NCBI GenBank assembly: GCA_010093815.1
Contig: ML996581.1
DNA: 64,000 bases
Source of the DNA: Pseudovirgaria hyperparasitica
Taxonomy: Eukaryota
Direction: 5' to 3' (one strand)
In this document: positions 37,451-50,398 of the stretch, piece after piece
How the letters are laid out: each line of letters begins with the position of its first letter
Numbering within the stretch: the stretch's first letter is position 1
Made by a program: the position numbers and the translations under genes
Notes under the pieces: model-generated
What the model was told of the DNA's origin: nothing
The model's database searches: none
The model's input: only the letters and a program-made list of their open reading frames with translations

Positions 37451-39907
37451 ATGGCTTCCACTCACATTCACCCACGCCGCCGAGGAGTCCGCTCTGGATC
37501 ACCTCAAATGACTCCACTCAACACCTCATCCCCATTCTACAAGTCTGGCACCTTTCACTCTCCATCCAACGGCTTCTCGGAACTCTGTAACCCCATTGTG
37601 AATGCGGCATTCATGCCAAAGCGATCGTCTACCTCCGTCGAGAGTCTCGAAGAGCTACTTGAAGACGCTGGTGTTCGACGAGTCACAAATCTCATCGAAC
37701 AATTTGACCGCACACTAGCAAGTGGGAGCAGTCCCTCATCATCTGAAGGAAGCATTTTGAGTGACCGTGAAGTCCTCCCAGTGCCCAGTTTCGTCCTTGA
37801 CCACACCAGCATGGATGAAGATAACATGGACCTTGACGTAAAGCCCGTCCAGACTGATCACCACCACGCATCCGATAGCGGTATCGGCTCCAGCTTGGAC
37901 GGATCCAACAATGGTATGAACGAGTCCTTGAATGGCCGCAAGCCTCACGTGTTCTATTTTACTCACAACTATATAGAGGAGAGGACTGGCCTGCGTTCAA
38001 GCACTCGTCGATCCGTTGCGTCCACCACTTCTACGAATTACTCAGCCGTAACTCGTTCTTTCTCTGCCCTTGGCTCAAAGTCTGCCGCAGAGCGTAGTTT
38101 GAGTTCCAGTGCCATACGCAACATCAAGGACAAAATCATCAAGCCTATTCTCGCTGAGAACTCTCTGAAAGATTTCCATCCACTCATTGCAGATGTGCCA
38201 CATCGCATTGGTAGCAAAGACATCTCCAATCTTCGTGATTTAGAGAAGACTCTGATCTTCTTGGCTCCGGTGAGTACCATTACTGTTCTTTCCGAATGTG
38301 CAATAGCTCATTGCATTTTTCGCAACTTAAAGGAATATTCGGCGTCGCCTGAATCGTATCTATCGTTTTGCGAACGAGCAATCCAGTGCCTCCATACGAC
38401 TGTCGAATACCTTTGTGAACGCGAACAACGACTACCGACTGATCGACCGTACACTAACAACTACTTCCTTGATCTCGTGGAACAGATTCGCCGATACGCC
38501 TCAATCATGGCCGCCACCCGTCGTAAGCAGGAAAGTGGTGAAGACCTCGATGAAATGGACTACTCTCCGTATGTACCCCAAAACATTTCCTCATCCGTCA
38601 ATGCACAGGCCAAGCCACTGGGCTGTGCCGTGACTCACCCCTACCTCGACTACTTAAAGCACACTTACCCCCCTCTACTTCACTCCATGCTAACATGTAC
38701 CAGTGAAGAAAAAATCACGTTGCGTGGTGGCCTTTCTCATAACGGCCGCCCTGTCGAACTCGTACGCGAGAAGGATGGCAGAGTCCTCCCTATTGCCGAG
38801 GAGAATACTGTCGATGAAGCCTTCGTCGACCATTTCAACACCGCCAAGCGTTCGCTTGAACAAGACAGTGACATGGATGACGACGAGGTGAGACGTTCCA
38901 TGGCTCGCCGGCGCAAATCCGAGAAGCCTGGCGATGTCATCCACTCCTGCCCCTCTTGCAGTAAAGAGTTCAAGCGTCCTTGTGACCTCACAAAGCACAT
39001 GAAGACACACTCTCGTCCGTTCAAGTGCCCCGAGCCGAAGTGCAAGTACCATGACCAAGGCTGGCCAACCGAGAAAGAGCGTGACCGTCACGTCAATGAC
39101 AAGCACTCTGCGGCTCCGCCTCAGTACAAGTGCCTCTATGCGGACTGCGCCTACGTATCCAAGCGTGAGTCTAATTGCAAGCAACACATGGAGAAGACTC
39201 ATGGCTATGTTTACGTCCGCTCCAAGAGCAACGGCCGTTCAAAGAAGCCAACGGGTACAGCCCAAGCACCAAGCACTCCACTTACTCCTCTCATTCCTAC
39301 ACCTGGGTCCGGTGTCGCATCATCATCTAACACTCCGTCCACTGCTTTCGAGCCTTCGCCCGCTCTCCAAACATTGGAGTATGGTTATGGCAGCTACACT
39401 CCTGCTATGAGTGTCAAGGACTATGATTATGGGGCGTATCGTCGTGACTCAAACACGACTGCCGGTACCTACATGAGTGGGTCATCGTCGAACTATTCTC
39501 CTATGCAGCCGCAGCTTAGCTCCAATTCCATTTCGCCTCAGGAACCTACCATGAACAATGATCTGTTCCCTGGTACTGCATTCGGTAGCTACCACCAACA
39601 GCAACCTACTCCTGCGTTAAGTACTGGTTTCGACTTCAACATGACGTTCAATCCTGCGGCGTCCTCCAACCAGATTCCTCACTTATCTCCGGGTGCTCAC
39701 AACCTTACTCTGCTGGATGAGGGCTTTGAAGACGACCTCAATTTTGGCAATTTTGGCTGCCCAAATACCGATTTTCAACTCTTCGATAATACAGCACCAA
39801 CCGGGGATATGGATACCAACTGGTTCACCGACGATTTTAGCAACATGGGAGCTCAGCTCGAGGATTTCAGCCCTGACATGACATTTGAGGACCATCTTAA
39901 CATCTAG
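37451..39907 (+). CDS. ace1: ACE1/SltA(StzA)-family C2H2 transcription factor, 4 coding exons
   Basis: HHHASDSGIGSS, LRDLEKTLIFLAP, P.DRPYTNNYFLDLVEQIR, GGLSHNGRP.ELVR, NLS-like SMARRRK, three fingers (CPSCSKEFKRPCDLTKHMKTHSRPFKC...WPTEKERDRHVNDKH...SKRESNCKQHMEKTH). Introns 37914-37976, 38270-38332, 38569-38703. Confidence 0.92.
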   Translation: MASTHIHPRRRGVRSGSPQMTPLNTSSPFYKSGTFHSPSNGFSELCNPIVNAAFMPKRSSTSVESLEELLEDAGVRRVTNLIEQFDRTLASGSSPSSSEGSILSDREVLPVPSFVLDHTSMDEDNMDLDVKPVQTDHHHASDSGIGSSLDGSNNGMNESLNGRKPHVFYFTHNYIEERTGLRSSTRRSVASTTSTNYSAVTRSFSALGSKSAAERSLSSSAIRNIKDKIIKPILAENSLKDFHPLIADVPHRIGSKDISNLRDLEKTLIFLAPVSTITVLSECAIAHCIFRNLKEYSASPESYLSFCERAIQCLHTTVEYLCEREQRLPTDRPYTNNYFLDLVEQIRRYASIMAATRRKQESGEDLDEMDYSPYVPQNISSSVNAQAKPLGCAVTHPYLDYLKHTYPPLLHSMLTCTSEEKITLRGGLSHNGRPVELVREKDGRVLPIAEENTVDEAFVDHFNTAKRSLEQDSDMDDDEVRRSMARRRKSEKPGDVIHSCPSCSKEFKRPCDLTKHMKTHSRPFKCPEPKCKYHDQGWPTEKERDRHVNDKHSAAPPQYKCLYADCAYVSKRESNCKQHMEKTHGYVYVRSKSNGRSKKPTGTAQAPSTPLTPLIPTPGSGVASSSNTPSTAFEPSPALQTLEYGYGSYTPAMSVKDYDYGAYRRDSNTTAGTYMSGSSSNYSPMQPQLSSNSISPQEPTMNNDLFPGTAFGSYHQQQPTPALSTGFDFNMTFNPAASSNQIPHLSPGAHNLTLLDEGFEDDLNFGNFGCPNTDFQLFDNTAPTGDMDTNWFTDDFSNMGAQLEDFSPDMTFEDHLNI

Positions 39908-41079
39908 ATGGATACCTACCTCTCATGACTCAATGCCCTATCATTTCTTTTCTCCTCCACGTTTCATCGTGTCGAGGTTCCCATCTGTATATTAACAGCG
40001 TTTCAGCCATCTGCGGATGTTGCATATTTCTTTCTGTGATCGAACCGGTCACAGGTATCTACACCATTCCATCATGTACAGGAGAAGCGAAGCCGGCAAC
40101 AGAATCCCGAAAACGCAGAAAAAACATGTGTTTTGCCTCCAGTATGTTCTCTCGCCGTCTGACGTATTGAGTTCGTCTTTTTTTCCTCCACCAGATTGCT
40201 TGCCCTGAATCTTTCTGCATACTGTTTTACGCCTGTTGCATGGGATGGAAGACGGGCAAATTGCTAAAGGGTCGTCGCTTCAGTGGTGGTGGGTGGAGGA
40301 CTGTCATGTACATTTTTTCCAAGCGCACTGTGTGCCTGAACGAGGCAGGCCGGTATTTGGAGGGCTACAAGAGAGAGAGAGAGAGCTATTTCAGTCAGTG
40401 CCAATGACTTTGTTCTTTTTTTCTTCTTCTTCCAACGTTAGGTAGTAGAATAAAAACGGTTCACCGCTCCAACTAGCTAAAGAGAAGAACAATGTGCATT
40501 CTCTCCCTCTCCCCCAAAAAGGTGTTAGATTCGCGCGTTTCTTTGCATATCATATCACTCACTGCTTCACTCCACTCGGGTTATTGTTTTTGTGTGTAAT
40601 TAGTCGCTGTCGATGTGTCCTGTCCCCTCTCTGCCTTTGTGCCTTTGTATCTCTCGCTTGCTGATGTACGTACGTACTTGCTTGCTTGTTTAATTACGTA
40701 CTTGCTAACGTAGAAGAAGAAGAAACCTATGTCTTGACATATATACATACACACACACATACATACAATATACCATGCATGCATGCGCAGGCAAACACCG
40801 CTTTCGGCCCGACGAAGTCGCAGCCGGGACGGGGTGGGAAGGGTAATCAATGCCTTGACTCTGACTCTGACTCTGACTTCAACCCTGAATCAGTGACTCC
40901 TGAATCCATGACTCCAAGGCTACTTCCATCAAGCAAGTCTGATGTGACGTGATGCTTTATCAAGTGCAAATAGTAGCTAATCAAGGGTACTGCGCAAAAA
41001 AAAAAAAAACTCCAACTCCTATTTAGCTAGAGTGAGAGATTAAGTGCTGGGGAGTAAGTAAGTAAGTAAGTAATTGTGG

Positions 41080-41185
41080 AGTATAGTAGAGTAGAGGAGA
41101 GTAGAGGAGAGTAGAGGAGAGTAGAGGAGAGTAGAGGAGAGGAGAGGAGAGGAGAGGAGAGGAGAGTAGAGTAGAGTAGAGGAGT
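41080..41185. repeat. (GAGTA/GAGGA)n pentanucleotide satellite
   Basis: About 20 tandem units in the convergent ace1/msb1 3' intergenic region. Confidence 0.95.
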
Positions 41186-42210
41186 GAGTGAGTAAGGTGA
41201 GTGAGTGTGGCTTCCGCAGGTGTAGTATGGTGTGGTGTGGTGTGGGAGTGAGTGGAATGATGATTCATGCTGCGTGCGTCTGTCAGGTGCGCGGAGTGTT
41301 CTAGAGAGATTGGTATTAGTCTTTCCCAAGGTGGGCGGGCGTTCGCGGGTATAGAAAAGAGGGGGCCAGAATCATCAGTGAGTGACCCGGGCGAACCGTA
41401 GCACAGCAGCGTATACGCAAAAGTAGAGATAAAAAAACACAGAAACTTGGCTGGGAGAAACAGCCTTGCATTATAATTAACAGCGGGGTCAAGGTCAAGG
41501 CTCGAGGTCGAGGGTCATCGCAGACAAGTGCGTTGAGCTTTCGGCCAACTACCTAGTATAGACTACATATAATAATAATAATAATATTGTATAACTAGGT
41601 AGAGTAGTACTCTACAGGCCTATGCCTCCTCTAGTCTAAGCCACTATGTAAGAAGAAACCCCATAGGGAAAAACTTCCTTATGTCTATAACTACATCTCG
41701 TTGAACCTCTGTTTCGTCTTGAGTATACAGCCATAGGGTACGCCTATTAGCCTACAGCCTGTGTTACCTATAGACTACATATAAAGTAAAAATCAAGACA
41801 CAGATTTTGCAGGCTTACAAATTTTTCTTGTGCAAATTTTTTCTCCTCGTCAAAATCTGCCATTATCACACAGGCTAGTGTGCGTGGTGTGTGTGTGTGT
41901 ATACGATGAACTAGCAGCGTATCGCACAGAAGGGGAACAGAGAGCTACTACAAATAGCACAGTCTTGTGGTATCATCAGTGTAAAGAAAAAGGGAAAAAA
42001 GCTGAGCGGGATATATATGGCTGGAAGGAAACAGATCCGGCCGTTGGAGGTATGAGATGGACCAGGACTTAGGAAGATGGCTGTACAAGGGAAAGGAACC
42101 TCAAACTATCAGTGGCCGGCCATTGGTCGTTGGTGATATGGCTAGATACTGATGGAAGGTCAGCCCATTTTCTATTCCATGGGTCCTTGCAGCACTGCTT
42201 ACTGTTCTTC

Positions 42211-45200
42211 TTACTTAGTACCAGTCTTAACGCCTTGGGATTCCGCCGTGGCTGCTCCGGTGAGCTCAGCAACTCGGGCCTTGATGCGAGCGACCCGGTG
42301 TTCGATTGTCTCCTCTCCACTGGTCTCGCCACCATCATCAGTCTTGCCAAATGACTGCTCCTCGCTGACACGAGCAGCGCGTTCGGCAGCATTCTTGCGG
42401 ATCTGGGCCCACCTGTCCTGCGAAGGCGAGACCTTCCGGTGCAAGTCAAGCGATTTTTCTGACTGATTGTCCTCAGCCGTGGACAAAGGTTCTTTATTGT
42501 TGTCGGCAGGTGAAATTTGTGGCTCCTCAGCAGGAGTGGCAGGCTCTGCATGCCTTCCTTGCTGATAAGGTGAGTCTACAGAATCAGCATCGGCAGAATC
42601 ATCGGCGATGAATGCGGGGACATCCTCAAGAGGTCCTTGGCTGAAATCATTAAGGGCTTTCTTGCTCGTGGCCGGCCCGTTTGCAACAGCATCGACGGCG
42701 GCGCTCTGGGGAGCAGCAGAACTCGACACGATAGCTGGTGCTGTAGCAACTGGGTCTGTTTCAAGCTCTGACTTATGTGATGGTTCTGGTATGGGTGAAA
42801 TGACAGGCTCCTTAGGCACATCCTGTTCAGGGGCAGGTGAGCTTTCTTGCATAGTCGGCATCTGGGCGGCGGCTGGTTCCTTCTCCTTCTCCTGCTTATC
42901 TTTCTTTCCCATACCGAGCATCTTTTTGAATCCAGCGCTCGTATTTGTTTTTTTCAGCTTTTTAGGTGAGTCCTTCTTAGCGACGGGGCTGGCCGCAGGG
43001 CTTGGTGTGTCAACTTGCTGCGCCTGTTGTCGGTGCCAGGCCGCTGCTGCCGCCGCTGCCGCATTGTTCTTGGGTGGAGGTATTGGGCGGGAGAGCTCAG
43101 GACTCTCTGAACGCAGAGCAGGGTGTTGACGGAGATCGGGCTGCGAAGGGGAGACGAAAGCTTTTTCATCGGGAAGAGGGACGCTGGCTGCATGTGCTAT
43201 TTCTGCACCATCAGCCTTTGTGGGCGTAACAGGAAACGGTGGATTTGACGAGACTTCTTTCCTCGAAATCCCTCCGGATGGAGAAGAGAAAGCCGCACCA
43301 GCAGCATCAGTAGTAGTAGGCGAGATTCGACCGTTGGAAAGGCTGTCTTGCTTGGCATCCTTCGCAATTGCAAGTTGCTCAACAGGCTTTCCAGTACCAG
43401 CTGTCTTATTACTAAGATACTTGGCTCGTACAGTGTCCTTGTCAAACTCCTTTGCCCACTTCATTGCCGGCGCGGCTTCGCTCATTATATTAGGCTGCAA
43501 CGTCAAGACGCTGGCTGTTTTGTTTGATGCTTGATCGTCGCTACGCCCACGACGTTGAGCGCCTTCCGGGTTCGCTTTCTGCTTTTGGTCATGGGCAAGT
43601 TGTGCAGCAGCTTGCTGGATACGAGTATGCTGATCCGGCGTAATGCTCGTTTTGCTCATAGATGTGTCTGACTGACCCCGCTTGTATGGCTCCAGTTTGT
43701 TTTTGCCTGTTGACTTGCGACGGCCCAATCGGTTGCGAAAGCTAAATTTGCTCTTCTTTTCGGCAATATAGGCATCTTTCTCAGGCCTCGGGGACGCGCC
43801 CTTTATCTGTTCTTCAACCAGTAGCCATCTTGCGCCATGTATCTCGACCTCAATGAGAGCACATCGACCAAAGACTGCCTTTCTTGAAGCTGTTTCCTCT
43901 CCAGCTAAGCTAGTGATCCATACCCACCAGAACGTGTCATCAAGCTCGAAGCGACCAATGCTTGCAAGCTCACCGGGCTCGAGAGTGCTGTAGCCATTAT
44001 TGACGTGAGATTGAGAGCTTCGTACACGTGCCGTCTCGCCAATCGGAGGAAGTTGCTTGTCCGGAGGCAATAGCACTGGACCTACCGTCTTCGTGGTAGT
44101 ATCCTCAGAGAACCCGGTGGTCAGGAAGTCGGCCCAAGAGGGTGTCGTAGGTCTGCCGAAGTCGTTTGAGCGAGAACTTGGCTCGGTGCGCAACCCCGAA
44201 AACTCCTGGCTGGATGGCAGGGCGGAACCGTTGGCAGACTTGGCGTCGAGACTATCTGACGCCTGTCCAAAACCAGATCTCTGGAAGCTCGACCACGTTG
44301 AGTCTGAGGTTTTTTGCGCATCTGACTGATTTGTGGACGAGATCGCCTCCAGGACCCTGCGACACTCGTCTGTTAAGGCGCGAACTGGGTCGTCGTAGGT
44401 ACTGAATTGCTGTAGGGCGACGTCTTCGTCTCGATATTCGAAATTGGCGGTTCGCCGAAGCAGTGCGAATGGTGTCGGAGATACTGAATCCACAATCATG
44501 ACTACCTTTGGTGTTGTAGAGTGCATGAGCGTAGGTGCTTGTGGTGGATACTCTGTCTGAGACAATAGAGCCTGTAAAGATCGAGGTAAGGGCGAAATGC
44601 CGCTCAAGCCAGGCTGGATCTCCGGCGAGAGAGACCTCAGATACGCGAAGAAGAGATGACTGCAGGCATTTGCGGCACTTGATGTGTTAGTCTAGCTTTT
44701 GCGTTCTAGCATTTTGACTCACTTCGACCATGAGCTGTAGCCTCCATCAAAGCCCTTACCACCGTCGCTAAGCTCGAAGGCCCACCAGCCTGCTAGGCGA
44801 GAGAGTTTGCGTCCTCCAAGACCATTTGTCTTCCCACGGGCCGCGACGGCAGCAAGGAGATCGAAGAAGTCGAAAATAATTTTCTTTCTCGCTTCATCTT
44901 CAACGGAGATTGGAATGAATGTATCGAAAGCGTGGACAGCCATGTTGGAATCTTGTTCTTGTTAGAGGCATGTCTATGCATTTCTTCAGGATACGTACCT
45001 TGTTCGCCAATGCGAAATAGCTCGTAAGTCTCCCAGGTAACGACACCTCCTGGAAGCCTGCTCCAGCACCATTTTATGATACTGACGAGGACCTGATCTC
45101 GTTGGCGAGGGCACTGATATTCAAGGACTGTTCAACATACCATAGGCTCTGTCAGTAGCAACTCATGAGATAAATTGGCTCCTGAATAGCCAGCCGTGTT

Positions 45201-45555
45201 CTCGTATCTGGCCTTGAAGAAATGGCATATGAAGTTGCGCGCGGAAGTCGTGGTGGAGACTTCAGACTCGGGACGAAAAGGCAATAAGAAGAATGGAGCA
45301 TCCAGGTCTATGTGCGACTCAATTAGCAGCGTTGCAAAGTGTGTATCGTGCATCCAAATACGCACCCCTTGACTTCATCTCCTGTGTAGCCAGGTGTATC
45401 AATTCATGGATCTCCGTAGCATTGACTGTCGCCCTTTCCCAAGACTCTTGCCATGGCGGATACTGCTGGACAGTGGTAGGAGCTTGCGCAGCATTGAGCT
45501 TGCCTTTAGAAGCTTTCGTGCCATCCTTTTTGAACAAGCTGCCAAAGAAAGGCAT
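42211..45555 (-). CDS. MSB1: Msb1/Mug8-domain morphogenesis-related protein, 5 exons
   Basis: LDAPFFLLPFRP, IIKWCWSRLPGGVVTW..YELF, IIFDFFDLLAAVAA.GK.NGLGGRKLSRLAGWWAF, HLFFAYLRSLSP, DDTFWWVWITSLAGEE...RKAVFGRC, C-terminal EETIEHRVARIKARVAELT. Introns 45308-45365, 45093-45140, 44952-44998, 44678-44722. Confidence 0.85.
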
Positions 45556-48500
45556 GTCTAGAGCTCCGTGAAGTTTTGGGTATGTGAAAAGGCACTGATG
45601 TGTCTACCTTCGACCAGAGGCCGGACAGACAAGGTATAGGTGAGACGAATGCGCGAATGCGCTCGTAGTCGATCGGAGGTTGGCGGGTCGTTCAGGCAAT
45701 CTAGAATGGCTGCTATGGAAAAGTCTGTATGAGTTTTACGGTTCCGGCAATACATGGAAGAGGTATTTTGGGCGTAGCGTCTATGTAGACTACCAAGGGA
45801 TGAGAACGTACAATCAACTGCGAGAGTGAGGCTGTCTACAGAACGGGGTAGCGAAGGCTGGATAGGTAGAAGATAGCTGACCCCTGGAAGGGAGTAGTGT
45901 GGCTTGAGAGGGGATAGCCGGCGCGTCGACGTCGCGTTGTGCAGGATCTCGCGATACTAGGTTTCCTCCAAGAGGTCGACAGAAGTCAAACTAAGGTCGC
46001 CCTGGGTCGGCAACGAGAGCACCAGGATGCGTATTGATGAGCAGAGAAGAGGAGGGCAAGATAGAGAATGGTCCGAGAGCTGGACGGGAGAGCAACATGA
46101 ACTTTTTCCAGGAGGTTATTTCATTTCAGGCGTTGTGCCTGGCCGCGCCAAGCCCCCGTCATGCAGCGTCGGTCAAGCATTCCATTGGCCATTCGCATGC
46201 CACGCTGCCTCTGCCACCTACACTCGATGCACCAACTCTGCACCACATAAACACATTTCCTGTTTCTTCTTGATTGCTTTCTTTGACGTTACTGTATTCT
46301 TTGCAACGCTTTGCTGCCGTGACTCAACGTCTCGAGGTCCCTGAGAAGGTAGATTCTCCTCGTCCTCCTCCGTATCCTCCTCCTATTCCCCATTTGCTTG
46401 TGCTGTAGAAATCAAATTGCCACGAGTGCACGCGGCCGGTCATTGAATACTAAGGCGGTCCGTAGGTACTGCGCAGTCGGCCAGGAGCGCAGATCATAAC
46501 GAACAAGACATGAATGGGATCAAGCCACCAGCTAGACGATTTAGCGTAACGACTCTCATTGGAGACTTGCCATCCCGATTCCCTGTCCTTTGTCCGAGGA
46601 ATTATAGAAAAGGGGTCGGATGGCCGAATCACAAGTGGCATAGTGCTCTATCTCACGTGTTTTCAATCATGTGCATGCGACTACGGATGACAAGAGCAGT
46701 ACCTGAACATTAGTATATCTAGTGAGAAAAAGAATTTGATATACTAAATTCTTTCTTCCTGCCCGACATCAGTATGTGGTACTCCCCTGACGACCTTACA
46801 CGATGGCCGCTGGCGAGGGAGTGGTCACGACGAGTACTGTAATGCAGTGCCCAAGAGCATCTAGATCTTGCTTAGCGAACGTGCTCCGATTGGACTCCCA
46901 ATGCTTCGCGGAACATCTTATGATACACCAGACCGTCTATCAGTTCTCGGGACTAAAATATCGTTTTTGCGCAACGGCGAAAACTGGAGCCACGATTGGC
47001 TGCACTCCCTCTATCGTTCCGTCCGGCGATAACACGACTATCATTCGCTTAGCCCTAACTACAGTTCATTTATTGCATGTTATGACAAGAGCCAACAACT
47101 CGTATTCTACGCAAGTTCACTGGTTAGAGCCATGTGTCGAGCCATTACAACGCCGCACAGTGTGAGTTGAGTGGCACGCCGCGTGTATCCGCGTTACCTC
47201 ATACAAAACATATTGCTCAGGCTCTTGGGAACATCCGACTTCGATGTCCCTGGACTCGCATGCCGTGTAGAGGATCTGACGCTACTGATAGAAGACATGC
47301 TAGTCTGGAGACTGATCTTCGGTAACTGGAACAGGTCTTCAAAGTCAACATGTCATCCATGTGTCATCGGCGCATTCGGATCTGATAATATCAAATTTCC
47401 ATAACGACGGATAGGTCGACTAAACTTTCAAGGCTATGCTGAAGTCCACATCATTTATTATGACTGGAAGGGAGGGATTGGCCTGGAAAAAGAAGGACAA
47501 CAGCAGAAACGCGACCAGGTGCGACTCAAAGTTGCATGTTTGGGTAATACTGCTGCGGACCGTCATCATTAATCAGAATGCGGCACGCTGGCTCACTTTA
47601 TCGCACAACCATGCAGCCACTGTCCATTTCGCCGACGTGGATTGACAAACCCAAATGGGATTCAAGTAGATAGTCCATGCCTTGACGGCCTCCCAGGTTT
47701 TGATGAGGATGCGATTGCAAGATATGACGCCACCGCGAGGGCTAACACACTGACGAGGCCATGAGACGTGAGCAGAGAGTCTTTATAAAAGAAAGTCAGA
47801 TCCATGTCATCGGGGCATTGAGGCAGGCAGACAGATAAGGATGCTTGCTGCCTGGTGAGCTTCACATGTCAAGGACAGCTAGATGTCTAGCTGTGACCAA
47901 GGTTCGAGGAAGAGAGAATGACAGACCTGGCTTCATGGTGGGGCATTTGAAACAATAGCTTTCTCAAGTGGTTCTTCCGGGGCTGCTACTCTTCCGTCAT
48001 ACAAAGACATTGAGCCAAGGCCAAGCGTATTGTTTGAGAATTCATAAGCTTCATCTTTTTGTGGGAATGCTGAGTGCACTTCGCCCGCCAGCCGCGGTAG
48101 TTGCGCCTCCACCATCAGTAACCGTATTATACTGGCATTTTGCATAGCCCCTCATGTGCCGCAAGGACTATGACCGTCTAGGTCAGAGGGGTAGTTCCCG
48201 TACTCAAAGGTCGAATCAAATGCTCAAACTTGCCATGTGGATAACTATGACTTCAAGAAGGCAGAGCCTCCAGAACGGATACCGTCCGTGACATTCCTTG
48301 ACATGTTTCTTGTTTACATTCCCGGTTGTTATTTTTGGAAGCGGGTGCCGCGGGGCCTCACGGGCGCTTAGGCATTAGCTAAGACTGGCCATACCCAGTG
48401 GGCATCATGGTTCAATCAACATTTTCATAAGACGTATTTTACAGATCAAGACAGCAGACATTTAGAGGGATCACGATCTTCTGTTATCCTTATATTTAGC

Positions 48501-50398
48501 CTTGTGATGCCTATCATTGCCCAGTACTGAATGAAAAAATAAGTTCTACCGCGATAGCAATGCGGTTCTTGTGCTTCTATCGTGATTAGATGGAATTCAC
48601 CACTCAGATGGATCTAGCTATTATCGAATTCTACCAGTCTACCTTACCTTTTGGCCCTATCAGATCGAGGTCGTGTACGCCCTCACATTCATGGTTGTTG
48701 CACAGGCCAAAGTCGATCAACAATCGCTCAAGTGGTGACATGCGGCGGGACCGCAGTCGATTGAACGTGCACGCGATATGCAGTCCTATTAACAAAGTCA
48801 ACAGCTCTTGGAGGCATGGATCGAAGATAATTACAATACATGTCGAATTTTCTACGCCCTTTGTAACTGGGCTTCCCGCTGACCGAGGTATCGCAACGCC
48901 CGCAGCCATGACTATATGGTTGAGGCTGTGACCTCGTAAGCAAAAACGACTGTACATTGTCGGTCGCATGGTAGCCTTGTATATACTTCACAGCCTGCAC
49001 AGCCCTACAGAAGGGGGCGATGTGTATGGATATGGATGAAACCAACAAATTGTGGCACCGCTTGCCATTGTATTACATGGGTGATCGAATCATCTTCTAT
49101 CAGGGGCCTCTATGCTGATTCGTGAGCTGCTTGGGAACTTGACACTCTCTTGTGTGTGTACTACTGTGTGCCCGTCAGCATTCTGACATGCTGGGGTCGG
49201 GGTCCTCATGTCACACCACACTTTGGTCATTGGCTTGAGCAGTGTGAACGGGCTGTTATTGGAGGAACCAATGTCGCCGGTCTATATCTCCGGTGACGGT
49301 AAGGATGTAGGTACCTGCGTTGCTTGAAAGCATCAAGCAACATCCATGGATGACGATGCTCGTGCCTTAGCGACGCAAGTCCGCTACCATACGAGGACAT
49401 GCAGGATGTTATCCTGTTGCTGGACATAGACGGCAGACATCATTTGGTGAGGACTCCTCCCAGCGGATGATTTCGCAAGGTCTCAATTAGCAGCGCAACA
49501 TGCAGCGAGCGATCGATGCCTAGGACACATACATACTGGTCCAAGCAGGCGGGGAAGCGCATTGCACTTGCGCAGCCCGTAGTATACGGCAGAGAAACAG
49601 CTATGCTATAGCAGCCAAACGAGAAACAGGCAGTCATGATGCATCCATCCCACGAGAGCGATAGTAATTAGTCTGGTCTCTTGCTGGTGCATAGAATGTT
49701 GGAAGCCTGCGGCTTGAACCGAATGGCTGGTAGTGGTGAGCATATACCCTAAAATAGAACACATGGGGCCTCTACACCAACAATATATCAGCTAAATCAG
49801 CCGGAAACGACATAGTCCGTGTCATCATGGCCAATGAGATAATAGGACGTGGGTGAAAAAGCGGCGCATGGAGCGTTTTGGCGAGACGTCTTGGCTGCGG
49901 CAGTAGGTTCGAACGGCTACGTGAGAAAGCAGGCTAGGAGTCTAGGACTGTGATCCAAGGGCTGTTGTAATCAGTGGAATACTGGGGCCAAGTTCCGCTG
50001 CCTTTGGCTTGATAAACCGCCGCTTCCCTCGTCTTCTAATTTTAGGTCCTCTCACTCCCACACACACACACATACACACTCCACGATTACCGCTCCACAA
50101 CACCACACATTACTTTCACGTACCTTTTCTGCGCTCGTCTTCAGCCTTTTCGTCCCAGCTACTCAAGAGCCTCATCTCCATCTTGTTGTTCCCTTTCGCC
50201 TGGTTCTCTCACTACTTTATCCTCCAGCGCGCACCTGGACTTGCATAGCTCTCTGCACACGTCGCGCATAACCCATCTTCTCCGACGCGCAGCACCCGCA
50301 TTCACACCTTAACATAATCTCTGCCCCGTGCAGCATCCTTCGATCGTCCAGATCAGACACACAGCTACCAATGCAATAGCAACTTACTCACTGTCACT

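Noticed and set aside
48329..48375. Sm-site-like ATTTTTGG followed by GC-rich sequence (snRNA or telomerase RNA candidate)
   Set aside because: No U1/U2/U4/U5 signature and no TAACCCTAA template found nearby. An Infernal/Rfam search would be decisive.
4755..49915. GGTTCGA T-loop-like motifs (about 4758, 47901, 49906) as tRNA genes
   Set aside because: No cloverleaf stems or A-box at the proper spacing.
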